In this document: piece by piece, positions 11,976 through 25,600 of the stretch
Layout: each line of letters starts with the position of its first letter
Numbering within the stretch: position 1 is the stretch's first letter
Source: Trichinella spiralis
Lineage: Eukaryota
Length of the DNA: 64,000 bases
Assembly: GCF_000181795.1 (NCBI RefSeq)
Contig: NW_003526941.1
Span: forward strand, 5,126,035-5,190,034
Reading direction: 5' to 3'
Position numbers and translations under genes: made by a program
Notes under the pieces: generated by a model
What the model was told of the DNA's origin: nothing
The model's input: the letters and a program-made list of their open reading frames with translations, nothing else
Database searches by the model: none

Positions 11976-14900
11976 AATTTTGGAGCAATAATAGAATAAC
12001 AATAAAAGTAATAATATTGTTAGTTAGAATACACCAGAAAGGAAGGAAACTTCCATTTCCAAAAGCGAGAAAATATTGCATAAAACTGTGCAGTTTGTGA
12101 GAATATCATGATTTATTTTCAACATGTTTAACTTACATAACATCCTCCGTCATTGTTAAGATTCAAAAAATATTGCAACCCAAAAATGTGCCAGCTTTAC
12201 ACGCCATTTATTATAAATCTAGCGAGTCACGTTTACTCAAATGTTGATAAAAAATTAAGAGCACGTTATCACAAAATAATTTCCTTAGTGGAATGAAATA
12301 AGTTGAAGATATCAAAAAAGGGATTTCGACATGACAGAAGCAGCATGAGATATGTTGTAAATCGGAGAAAACGTTACGTGGTGATTACTGATAAAGTGGT
12401 AAAGTGTCTATAATTCACCATAAGAAAGAAGGTAAGCCTGGGAGTACAATGATGCTGCTGTGAAGGATTGGCCAGTACTCTGGGTAAATAATTTGACAAA
12501 TAGAATGGAATACGGGGAAACAGGGATAATGGATTCGTCACAGGCAGGGTACAACAAATATTCAACATAGTGTAACTGAATTAATCAGTACATTACAAAT
12601 GCACAGTAATGTTCACAATTCACCATTCACAAACAATTTATTTCATGTTTACTTCAAGTTTAATTTAATCGATGTCAATAATATATGAAACGAAGGAAAA
12701 CACAGTTATAAAATATCACTTAGTTTGCAATTACAGGCCCAATGGAGGAGGATGGTTGAACGTTCAGTTATACGGATGCTCAACACACTGATAAATTAAA
12801 TAAATATGAGCAAGAGATTCTTCGAGTCTGAAGATGTGGAATATGACATTGCCTTTGGCGGAATTACATCACTTTTGAGTGAACACTAGCATTATGACGT
12901 AATTACAATGAAGCGTTTTATTTATTTATGAAAGTTATAACGTTTTTATTGAAACTCAATGTTATATTATTGAATTTATTTATCTATTTATTTATGAATG
13001 TAGATTTGAAAACTCATGGAAACAACATCATAAACCTGCTGCTGTTCATGAACTTAAGTGAAGAAAAACTGGATTGCTGAAAATTGCAAAATATTTGAAA
13101 TTTTCTTTTGAGTAAATATAGTTTCGAATAAATACTTTAGAGAAAAGACAAAGGTATTTAATTTTGAGAAACTAACAAATTGTGGTTGCCTATGAAAACA
13201 GTTTGAGAAAATCAAAGTCCCTGTGTAGGAACAACCTTAAAACTGGAAACTAAATGGAATATTTGTGAGAAGAAAAAAAGAAATAAAATATACAGAATAA
13301 ATAATTATGCAAATAATATGATTTATGAAGATTTATTGCAAATATTAAAAGAATTGAGCGAAGAAAGTTTTTCTTCAAATCAAATTTCTTCCTGAATTTT
13401 TTTTATCGCTTAGAGTATCCTTAAACCTCAAAATTTTTTAAACGAAAATTCTTTGATTAATTGCGCATCTGAAATGAGAATTGTAAAAGTGAAGAGATGT
13501 AAATGCTAATTTTATGCAATAGAGTATTTATTCCTTTCATAAATGTCAAACTTGGAAGCCACTTGTTTTATCAAATTTCTCGATTGCGAATTATTCAAAA
13601 TGTATGAACATTTATTCCCGGAACTACTGTTTTCAATTATAACAAATGCAATAACTAATTCGGTGCCCCTTCCAAGCAACATTCCATTACATTTACTGAA
13701 CTTTAAAGTAAATATCTCAAACGATTGGGAAAACTACCATGAAAAGTCACATTTAGTTGTTTAGTTAGTTCTCAATTTATTTATTTTTCTTACAATTGTT
13801 ATTACAAAAAATCACATTATCAAATGCGTCATATAGCGACAATTAAAAAGCGAAATAGAATTCAAAAAAGGAATGTTTGGTATCAATAAGAAGCTAATTG
13901 AATAATACAAATGAACTACAAGTGTACCAACTGCTAAACCAAGCTAAACGATTGCATATTATTATTGAAAAATTATGTATATTTAGATTGCGCAGTGTTT
14001 GTTCTTCGTGCTTAACTTCTGACTTACATGTTTAAATAGAACAGGAGCTCAGTAATGAAGTATCACTTACCTTGCAATTGTAGATGATATTGACGAGGAG
14101 AGTTGAATGCGCATCTTGACTGTTGTTTTACACACTGATAAACGGAATAATCATGGGGATGACATTTTCAAAACTTGGTCTTGTTCTACTTTAAGCAAAT
14201 ATATCTCATGGCCTTTGGCGCAATGACTTGGTTTTACTAATTAATGGCCTAACGGCATAAATATAATCGAAAACTTTTCTAAATGATGATTGGCTATTAC
14301 GTTTTCAACGAATGTTCACCGTACGATTTTGAAATAAGTGCAATTGCTATTTGAGTGATGTATTGAAATTTCCGTTTCCCGTGATTCTTATTCCACTTTT
14401 GCTTTTTGCACTATTACAGTTTATTTGAATGTTCTATAAATGGAGTTCGATTTAATGGTAATGTTTCTGCAACTTGTATTGTCGCCTTGTGTTAAATGTA
14501 ACTTTCCCAACTGAGCATCAATTTCAATTGAATAGAAAGTGTGCTATGATATACAAAGATGAGAATGATAAAACAGATAACGAAATGATGTTTTCCCAAA
14601 AAAAGATTCATTTGAAGTGTTTTACTTTCATAACAACCAGTGCTTCAAACTCCACATCTAAAGAATAGAGATCCGCAAAGAACCACACCTACCTTTTATC
14701 ATTAGTTCTGCTTCGTTTCATCCTCGTCTTCATTCTTCATATCTATAAAGATGCCAAACATTAAATCAAATGTTCATCTTAGCATACTTAAAAGTTAAAA
14801 ATACTAATACGTTGATGTTGTTGAAACTGAATTTTCAATGCTACTTTTCATTAACTTAATAATGTACTTGAAAATCAACAAAACGCTGAAACATCCGATA

Positions 14901-16325
14901 ATTTTACGGTAACTTTTTCCACAATTCTAGCAGGATGACCAGCAGACCCATTTCATGGCCAATCTATTAATCATGTGAATTGCTCAAATTGGAATAATTT
15001 GCTACTACTTGCTATCCGTACTGCCGAAAACTGCTGTTGATTTGCTGAAATGATTTTTGCTGATGAAATGCTTGTTGTTCGCAAAATATTTCACTGTTGT
15101 GTTCGATCATTTCCAACAGATATTTGTTATTTTTTTTCTTTTATTCGTCATAAAAGAAAAATATTCAAATCATCTTCTGATCGATCATCGCTGTCGATGA
15201 TGTTCGCTTTATTCAACTACTATAGTCGGTGTTCCATTCCCCTCTCGCTGAATTCTGTTTATAAATGATAACATTTGCATATTGATCTGCATAAACAAGT
15301 CTGCCCTAGAGAAATTGAACGCTTTATAACTGATAAAATATTTGAAAATTATTCCATTATAAGTACAATATATTTAATTGATTTCACTATTTGAGCGCAA
15401 ACAAAGAACTGAAAAAAAGAATGAATGAAAAATAATATGCAATAAATAGTAATAAAAAATACAAAATGGAACATACAAATGGAAAAATGCGGTCAATTCT
15501 GCATGATCGCATACGCATGTGAATTGTTACACTACAAATTTACTAATTTAAAAGTAAAGTAAACTAATTTTTCGTCGTTACTTTATTATCAGTATAACAT
15601 TCTATTCCACAATTCCAGATATTCATTCAAAGCAAAAAATGCCATATGCCATTCTTAAATAATGTAAAGCATGCATATTCGCTTAAAAAGATTTGTATAT
15701 GCGTGATTATAAGCAGAATGAACTATTTCAAATAATGAACTGGGCATCTCTTCAGGTGTGATAGATGACCGTTCTTTGCTATTAGCTAATCGAATGAAAA
15801 GAAAGCTTATGGATTATTTTATAACAGGAACATGCGAAACCACACCCATCAGCAATTTCCCAATCGAAAGTTGAATAAATTACGGTCTATTTTGGGAATT
15901 CTGTAAAATATTTTCGTTCATTGCAAAGATGCACAAAGTGTTTGCTTTCTCTTTCTTTTTTAAATTATGCTTATGGTGTTGTTAAATTGGTATGTTCAAA
16001 TGGAGAACAACAATAAAGATCGAACAGGAAGAAGAGGCTAGGCAAGAAACGAGGCCATTCGACTGGAATAAGTTGTGTTTCATTTTCGTTCTAGACTGGT
16101 TAGCATTTTGTTCTTCTTGCAGTGACTTTCATCCATCCTAGTCAGTTTCTAATGCTTTGCTGAAAATTGGGTCCTTCATATGCCGGAGGAAGAAAACGCC
16201 CAAACCGGCTTGTTGTGAAAGTCCACAAACAGCTTTTGGCTATGTGAACGTTTGACGAAATACAGCCATTCCACAGTCAGTTCCATCTGAAATATCTTCT
16301 CTTTTGTAAAACGATGCCAACAAGA

Positions 16326-16353
16326 AATTCAATTCAATTCAATTCAATTCATT
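16326..16353. repeat. (AATTC)n pentanucleotide microsatellite
   Basis: aattcaattcaattcaattcaattcatt. Confidence 0.85.
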
Positions 16354-18065
16354 TTATTCGACTTAATTTCATCGTATCAGTTTTCACTTAATTTAAGCTA
16401 AGCTACTACACTACTACTACTGCTGCTAGCATATCTCAGGATGTGAATAAAAAGCTGCTCATGTTCTACTTTCAGAAAGAATACACTAGCCAATACAAAG
16501 AAAAGGTTTTTATTCTTTATACTACTCATCGTTGAACGTTTAAGCAATTGATCTCACGTGCCAATTGTTTTTTTTTCATCTGCACATCTCAGATCAAAAT
16601 CATTTCGCTATGCTACCACTGGTCGCGTCCCAGAATTGACAAAAATGCTGCATTATGAGACACAGCGTTTTTGCAATATAATGCACTACTGAGAATATAG
16701 TACATCGCTGATCTGATCGACAAATCTGGTGAAACTTTCACCAGCGCTGAGCGCGATTTAATAACTTCCCTACAGTAAACTATGATTTTCAGGATTCATC
16801 CACAATAATCACTGATTGTGTGTGTGTGTCTTCAACCGTTGGCGGGGTGATTCTCTGCAACAATCAAAGCAGACACAATTCAACAAAGATGGACTTTGTC
16901 AGTTGGTTAGTATTCTATTAATATACTTTGTAGAACTTTGACAAAGCAGAACATTTCAGAAAATAAAAGCTTATTCACATAATCAGCAGATTTTAATAAC
17001 CATTAAAGTTCCAAAAAGACATAATCCACCATACAACTTTGCTACTATGGTACCTTTTTGTCAATCTAGCAATTTTACCATAATATATTTTTCATGAAAT
17101 AAAAAAACTTTCATTTAAATAATATTAAATTATTTTAATCCTCTACATTGATTTTTTCTTGTTTTTTTATTACAATAAATGTTAAGTAACTTCTTTGATA
17201 CAACTGACAATGTTAACTTTTCCAGTATACGAATTTCAAGTTCGTTGAACAAATGAAGTTGAATTGTTAAAAACTTGAATCTTTTCACTATAGCAGTTGA
17301 TTATTATTTCGCAGAAATCTTTCTCCCTTCTCTTCAACAATGCATCCTTCACCACTGCATTGAGGTAAACGGTTGCTTTAGAAAGAAAAACTTCAATTTT
17401 ACCTAACCTGTTCTACAATAAAATAAGTTTTTAATATTTTGAAAGCATCTTTTTGTGACTATGCCCTTTGTATTTGCATGCATTTACCCTACTCCGTCTA
17501 TCACAGCTTCCGTGCATCATTTTGTTCGGCATGTTCAATTTTGTTGGCATTTCTTGTCTCATGAATAGAAAAATGTTCCCGTTTTGTGCTTTCAAAATGA
17601 TGAAAATTGAAATCAGCACGGTCGCCGAATACCGGCTCTGCATTTTTCAAAAATATATAAAACGAACATGAGTGATTTACACCCAATAGCCATATTCTAT
17701 TGACAAGTTTGAAAATACACCACCACGCATGAGTGTACAACCCTAATTTCAATTTACTGCTTCCATTACTGATATTTTTTAAAATTATAATTTAAATTCT
17801 AAAACTTTAACACATGGCTGGAAGTAGCATTTGGAGCGAGAAATTTCCATTCATTCTTGTCTATTAAATTACTTATGCACGTCAAATGGAAATATAGCCA
17901 AAAATAAAAAAAACGAGAAAATAGGAGTGGAAACGAGGAATAATAAGTAGGTTAGCTTATCATATATTCCATGACCAGTATCATATAAAAGAAAGATAAT
18001 CAATTTTCTTCTGTAAACTGAAACAATATTATGCAAATAAATTGTATAATAAAAGGTGAAAATAA

Positions 18066-20113
18066 ATGATCATCATTTTTCTGTAAGTTATTCTTAATTT
18101 GTTGTATTGTAATGTAATTTCTATTTGGAGAAATTATTATTAATTCAACTATTTTATGCTGAGCACTATAACTGCACTTATTATACTTATAGGGTGCTGA
18201 TGTTCATAACCGTACACAGAATAGCCAGTTTTCAAATTCGTCCATTAAAATGCAAACCTGGCTATAGAGTATCATCAATATCCAGAGCAATGATCAATGG
18301 CATTTCGAGCTATGATGTTGAATGTAAGCCTTTCTCAGACAACCCTGAAAGAATAAAGGTAATGGCTGATGATGTTTTCGCGTTATTTCATTTTGACAAA
18401 ATAATTTCAATAATCAATAATCTCGCTTCAGAAATTCGTGTAGCAGATTGAACGTTGAATATGAATAAACATCTTTCTAGGATATCACTTGCAGCGATGG
18501 AACTGTTCCTATATGCAATGGTACACTGGGGGGCTGCGATCAGCATCCAGACTCTTGGATTGGTGGAGTGAAAGTAGTACCCTATGAAGAAGACAGTAGT
18601 GTAGAAATGTTAAGGTTTGATTTCACATTCCAATTCGATTTTAACAAGCTTTGCACTTTCAGTTTGATTCCGTACTGTTGCAATGCCAGTAATGTTCTTG
18701 TGCACGGAGATACATGTCGACATTCCCGCCTCAGCAGTCTTGGACGTCTATTGACGTTGGCAACAAAGCCGGACGAAATTATGCAAGGTCTGTCCTGTCA
18801 GGTTACTCGAAATCATAATGGCAGGTATGCAATTAATTCAGCTTTCTGACTTGCTTGCGCATTCATGAAAACAATTTAACAAGCCCAATATAAAAAAAAC
18901 GCTCAGTGTATGAGATATTATTCTTCAGACAAAAATATAAAATGAATTTAAAAATATGTATTTGAAAAAGAAAGCTGAGTTCATAATTTAATCTACATGT
19001 TGTACTGACTACAGTAATTTAAGAACTGTTGAAGAATGCTAAATGTCTTACAGTTTATGCTGTTATTTCAGCAAACTTGAATTTTAAGCAATGAAATCAA
19101 ATGAAAATTATACAAATTCATCCTTCAACTAATTGTTTCTAAAAATTGGTCATTTTTCCAAATACAAAAAATGATTTTTCACGTCAAAATCACTGCAAGT
19201 TAAAAAGAAATGATGGAGAATAGTTACGCATTTAAATGTAAATGGTGTTCAATGCAAATCTACAGGTTTTCCATCTTGCAGAACTAAATTTTTTTTATTC
19301 TAAAATTAGGTGAGCAGACTATTTAAACTAATTATAATTTCGAGAACACTTTTTGATCGTTTTCAATGAATAACATTTTCTAAATAACAATCTACTTATT
19401 ACAAAACAAGATAGTTCGCTTCTAAGTACAGTAAACGCAATACGTGGATTGGAACCCATCTATCAAAGGTATGCAAATAAAATAATGCAGAGAATATTAG
19501 ATCAATAAATAATTAAGTAACTTAAAACTTTCCAACATAATAAAGTGCAATTTATATTTCTATTATAGTTTTCAATAGAACACACTTTCGAATAATGAAA
19601 CTATGAACAGAATGGAATGGAACTGATCAAATTTCAATTTTCAATTTGCAGGATTGTTCATTTTATGCAAAACAATCTTTTCACAGAATTAAACTCGGTT
19701 TAAAATTTCACCCATTTCAACAGAAAAGTGCTCAAAGTTTGTGCATAATTTCCATTAAAATTGTCATTCTATATGAGTATATCATTTATTTTTCATGAAT
19801 ACCACGAGATACTAATATAGAATTTGAAATATTTCACACAAACAAGCACTGCTTATAGTACGTAATAAAAAAAGACGCTCTATTTCGTTCGAAGATGAAA
19901 ACATCATATGTAAAAGAAATATTTAAAAACTAATAATAACCAGTAAAATGAAATGAAAAAATGTTTGCTTTACAAAATTCCAAATTTTATAGGATCTACG
20001 ATGTGACATTGAAGGTCAGGAGTTGTCGATTTGAAATTGAACAGGAATGTTGCAACAAATACATGTTTGGCTATTTTTTACACAATTTTTGGAACAAAGA
20101 AAAAACTGCCTAA
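18066..20113 (+). CDS. Small secreted cysteine-rich protein of unknown family (199 aa; exons 18066-18082, 18193-18358, 18481-18614, 18663-18824, 19993-20113)
   Basis: Five exons with GT-AG boundaries join in phase into 600 nt with no internal stop; signal-peptide-like MIIIFLVLMFITVHRIAS; 12 Cys. Confidence 0.75.
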
Positions 20114-22654
20114 GAAAAAATTGTACCACCCGTGTATACTGTAAAAGCTTTGCAAAACGAGTTCACCATAATAATAAATTGGTGGTATTTTTTCATACTT
20201 GTCGATCGCTCGTTTTCAACCTGTGATGTGATGTAATAATGATAATGATTTTGTACAACTGTGAATAAAAGTTCAAGTAGCTTTCTTCTCAACCAGTGTT
20301 CAAGCTTTCCCAGTGTCAATAAACAAAAAATAAATCTACTCAGTGACTGCATGCAAAACAAATGCTTTCAATGGATTGTGTTAAAGCATTTCTGTGAAGA
20401 AAATATGAACGAAATATTTATCGGATATAATAAAACGTAAATTCAACGTGAAATTTGACAAAACGATAAGCAAATAATAGGAATAATATGCAAAGAATAC
20501 AAAACCAACAACAACACGAACAAAGCTTTTTAACTATGTTCTTCCTTAATTTCTTGCAAGCTGATTAGTTAAATTTATAGGTCTTAAAAAGAAAACGCTG
20601 TTAAGTTGTCGTTGGCAGATGGACGCATTAGCAGATTACATACATTCTTCATCTAATTTGTCACTCAGAATAAAAAATAATTTCAAAATCTTTAAGCACT
20701 GGAGAGCACAAACCGACGCCGTAATAAAAGTGGAAAGCATTTTCCGGCACGTTAATCACATTTGGTTAAATTCAATTCTAAATTGAAACTAACGCTGCAA
20801 AGAATTATAAAACCCTGTGCCATAATATGGAATTATTTTTCGATAAGTTGTAACAAAAGAGGAAAAAATGGATCCTCATTTTTTGCTTCAACATTCGCAT
20901 GAGAAGAAAAACTCGTTGAATTTGAACAATTTCGAAAATTCCACACACACACACACACACGTCACAGATGGGCCAATTTTTATCGTTTCATCCATTCAAC
21001 AAGGGAAGTTTAAACTGAACAGTGACTTACAATCATCTAACTTTGCTTTCATCTGACGTCTACCACTTGATGATTACGAAAAGCCTATGCATGCAACATC
21101 AGCCTGGTCAATTAAAGACGATTGATTTGACTTGGTCAATTTTCTGAAAAAGTCTCAAGTAATGGTTTCTCTCAGTACTGAAAAAAGTCACTATTTTTTA
21201 ACATCCGAATAATTTGCTTCAACAGAATATTCCAATTAAGTTTTGCATGCATTTTTTCACTTAACTGCTAAGAATGATGCGAGTAAAATCAGTATTTTTT
21301 CAAACATTTTTTCAAATATCTCAAAGCTACGAAATAGATTTAGCTGCAACAAGCAAGCTGCTGCGAAACTGCAAAATCTTCAATTTCATGACAAAATTCA
21401 TCTTTGATTGCAGTCTTGTCCTTTTGAACTGCAAATTGCCAGCATCATCTGTTTGATTAACATAATAAGCAACAATTAATTGCGCATACATTCGCATATA
21501 ACATCAGCGACATATTCAATATTGTGTGAACAAAGCTATTTTAGGCAAAAAATAAATGTTTGCATGAAACGTACGACATTTCAAACTTCAAAAGAAAATT
21601 TGAAATATATTAAATAAAAAATACTGTTAAGAATATTTTTCTATTATAATATCTGTGAGTATCATAAGTAAATATTTTCCGCCTGCACAATAATTATAAC
21701 AATTAATAATGAAAAATCGACGTATAGTTTACATTTCAAAATTATCTGACATATAAAAGAAAATAGAACAAACTGATAAATTTACTTTGATTTTAAAAGC
21801 AATTAAGATAATTAAACCTGCCAACTTTGCTAACTTTCCTACTTTCATGAAATTAATTTCAGTTTCATCATTTTTATCTATACAATAGTTGCTGTTCATT
21901 CATAAAAGTTAGCACAGACAGGTATGCATAATAGCATGCATGCATATATGTAAAAATAAAAGGCTGGTAAATCAGATTTGATCGCTTTGAAATTAAAATT
22001 TTCCGAACACGAAACAATCAATCTGCCAAAGTAGAAGAACCACTTACTGCCAAAAGAGTAACAACTACTTTTAATATTACTATTGTGAACTGAAATAAAC
22101 CTGATCTTCTAAAACACTGCAACTAGAAAAGTTATCTTGATTTGATCACTTAACACTGCTGAAATAAGCAAAATGAATTTCTGCATCACGACTGAAGTAT
22201 CGATCTCATACTGACTATTCTTAATCAGATTGCTTTTTTGCTCTTTTTATACAATTTATCAACAAAAATACCAAATACTCATTTAAATCAGCAAACTGCC
22301 TACATTGTAAATTAATAAAAATATCTACAACAAGACGAAAGAATATATATAAACTGCCATCAAAAAATAATTTTTCAATTTCACTCAGTCAGGCATAGAG
22401 TTTCTCCGTACTAACTAACACTCAGTGCTTCTCCGGAGGCATTCCCTCAGAGCCCAAAATATACGCTCGCCACAGTACGACAATAATCACAAGAACGAGT
22501 CATCAGCTAGTGACAACGGGCTATTGATTTTTAAGTCAATTTATACGCAACTCCCTTGCTGCAGACCAATACTGAACGCACGTCCCCCCTCTGAACAAAG
22601 CTTTCGAGAAGCTTGATCAAGACCGTGGCTCTTCCTCGTGGCCAGCTGCGCCAT

Positions 22655-25600
22655 ATGTGGACTGCTACAATGTTTCACTACACTACTCTTCTAACTGGCA
22701 TTTTCGTTCTCGCATTCAACACAGTAAGCTAGAATTTTTACTTTCTGTAAAATAAATCACATTTTTCAGTATATTCACAATATTCGTCGCTTACATTACT
22801 TTTTTAGTTCGCTTATAAACTCATATCTTTAAAATTAGCCCTCTAAAGCAATAAAAAGAGAAACAAAAAACAACTCTTTCCAATTGCATAATTAACTCAC
22901 TGCTTTCTAATGTTTGCAAACAAGTAAATTATACTGCACAACTTCTACACTGAGAAATTATCACTTATCTAGCCACCAATCGTCGAATGAAGCACAAAAT
23001 GAAGCTTCATCGTTTCATCTGTTTTTAAATAAGAAACAAATATCCTCTGAAACCTGTACAAAATCGATAAGTTATTATTCAAATGAAACCTTGAACTGGC
23101 CAAAAGCTATTCTAAGTTTTTGCATTTAATTGCAGATTTACTTCGTATAATTTATCGAGACATAAATTCAACACATTTTTTCCACAATAATAAATAATCA
23201 AATCTTTTTCCCCTTTGTCATCCTTTAAAATGACAAAGTTGTAAATGTCAAAATTTCAATTATTCTGTTGTATGAAGTAAATTTTTTTTCTCTTCTGAAA
23301 CCAACCAAAGGTGAATTAAAATTTGACAATATGCTTTTCAAATTACCATGTCGTATTACCGACAGTTTTAATGACTGACGGTGATCTGATTCTGATCAAT
23401 ACTTATCAATTTGTCAGTTCGCACTTTTCTGTAACATTTCTGTTTTACTGCTAATCGCAAAATCAACTAGTGAAAAGCATCAACTGCTGAATTGTTGAAT
23501 GAGATAATGAAAATGAGCAGGAGAGAGAAACAGTTATCCAACTTGTCTTAGCAGTTAGTGTTTGTTGTTTTGGCAAAACAAATGCAATTGATCATTTCCA
23601 ATTGGTGGATGTTGCTTTGGACGTTCTACCCTGAGCACCAGCTATGCCAGTGTTTGTGCCCATCGATCGACCAGCTAACTCGAAGCGTCCCATTTGAATG
23701 CAATAATATTATCGGACCATCACGTTCGAAATGTGAACGTCATCCCATGATCAACAACGGAAAGAAGAATTCATTGTTTTTGCAACTGCAACACCTACTG
23801 TAGGTTTGAAAATGGAAATGACTTTTTATCTTCTTGCACAACAATAAATAGAGTCGCCTAGCGAGCTTGTTGCTGCTTTTACAAAGCTTCATTGTTGAAC
23901 ATTCATTGGTATTCACAGCTGAGCTGTGAAATTTAGCCTAGGGGTTTTGCATGGCTGACCTCATTGATTATCGTCTGCTTGTTTGCAAAGCTTTGCACAC
24001 TGACTTGGCAATCTGCTCGATGGAAATCAATCCTGAACACCCTGCAACTGGATCCTCCTGACGACTGCAGTTTGAAAGAGTGCAATAATTACTGAAGAGG
24101 CAACAGCAACGCTGGTGTCTCGTCAAAATTGACCAAACGTCTGTCCCAAAGCGCTAATTGAATGCCAAGATAAATTTTGCACAACTCAGTGAGCAAACAA
24201 CAAAACTGTCAAAGTGAAATTACTTCTCTCTTCACGTCAAAAATGTTCAAAATGAGGAGTCATTTAATAATATCAATCTCCCTCACAAAATGCAGTAATC
24301 CAACCACTGGGTTTTTATTGGAATCTAGTGAAATATTTGTTGAAGGCAAAATATTCATAGCTGAAAAATATTTTCTAATATACACAGCAAGTAATATTTG
24401 TTGAAGTTTCGAAAAGGGATTTAAAAATCACAGTCCTATAGATTACAGTATTACTTTATTACACCCTTGAATCCAAATGAAAAATAAATTACAGTTAAGA
24501 AACTGCGCATTGAACATGAAAACCTAAGAGCACACACTTCTATCGACTTCTTGTTGCTCAGAAAAAATCTATTGGAATGCATCTGTTTGCTTAGTTCACG
24601 CTCACTTATTAAAATGCGCATGCATATCTTTCTGCGTAAAATGGAAATTCTTTACAACAATAAATTGCAACCTTTGTACATTTGAACGATTTGAAATTAC
24701 TTTTTAAGATTGTCCAATCTTCACCCAATAATAACTTTGATTCATGGTTGAATGAAAATTTTGGCGAGAATCTTAAACAAGGTAAAATAGGAAAAGTATC
24801 ATTAATAGTCGTGTGGAGAAGTAATTTTGTAAATCAAAAATTATTAAAAATTTAGATCTCTGTCGAACGGTATTTTGCAACAGAGGTGAAGAATGTATTT
24901 TGGAAAATGATGCCGCCAAATGCAAATGCATCACAAGCTGTTATCACAATGATCGACCTGTCTGTGGTTCAAATGGCGTTACTTATCCATCGCGGTGTCA
25001 TTTACATCGGGAAGCTTGCCTTGAAGAAATACGGTATTGTATTTGAAATGAAAAAAACACCATCTCACTTGGTCCAACACTTGTGCACAATGAAATAATT
25101 CACTTTAAGGATAAAAATTCTGCATAAAGGAGAATGCAAGCAGTTCAATGCATCAAAATGGAAAACTATGAAAACTAGCAGCCCACTGCCGATTAGCAAC
25201 TCAACCACATTAATTAAAAATGGTCAAGTGGAAAAGAAGAAAAATTCCATCTCGACAGAAGTGCCTTTTACGGAGAAAACAAAAATTCAAGCGAACTCAT
25301 GCGATCATTCAGACTTTCAAATTCTCATCAACAATTTGATGCTTTATTTTCACGCTAAATTTGCAGAAAACTACGTCGGCACTGTTGAGCATGGTCAGTT
25401 AGTATTAATATGCAAAACTGAGCATTTGAAAAATGAAATAGCACTGAATGTTTTTCAGGAAAAGCATTCCTGGTGCGATTGATGTTCCAAACTTTCAACA
25501 AAAATGACGATCAAATAATTGACAATGAAGATCTTAAACAAACCGGAGAAGATGAACGTTATCACAAGTTACTTCCAACTGGCTGCGATTTTACATTGCT

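Noticed and set aside
11724..12081. Minus-strand ORFs with FYLSNF / ILFVKF repeats
   Set aside because: They are translations of the 24-bp minisatellite, not proteins.
13415..13423. GTATCCTTA, a U12-type donor-like motif
   Set aside because: No upstream exon or matching branch site/acceptor identified; likely chance.
17451..17464. About 14 nt complementary to miR-153 (TTTTGTGACTATGC)
   Set aside because: No precursor hairpin, and the seed match is broken; compatible with chance.
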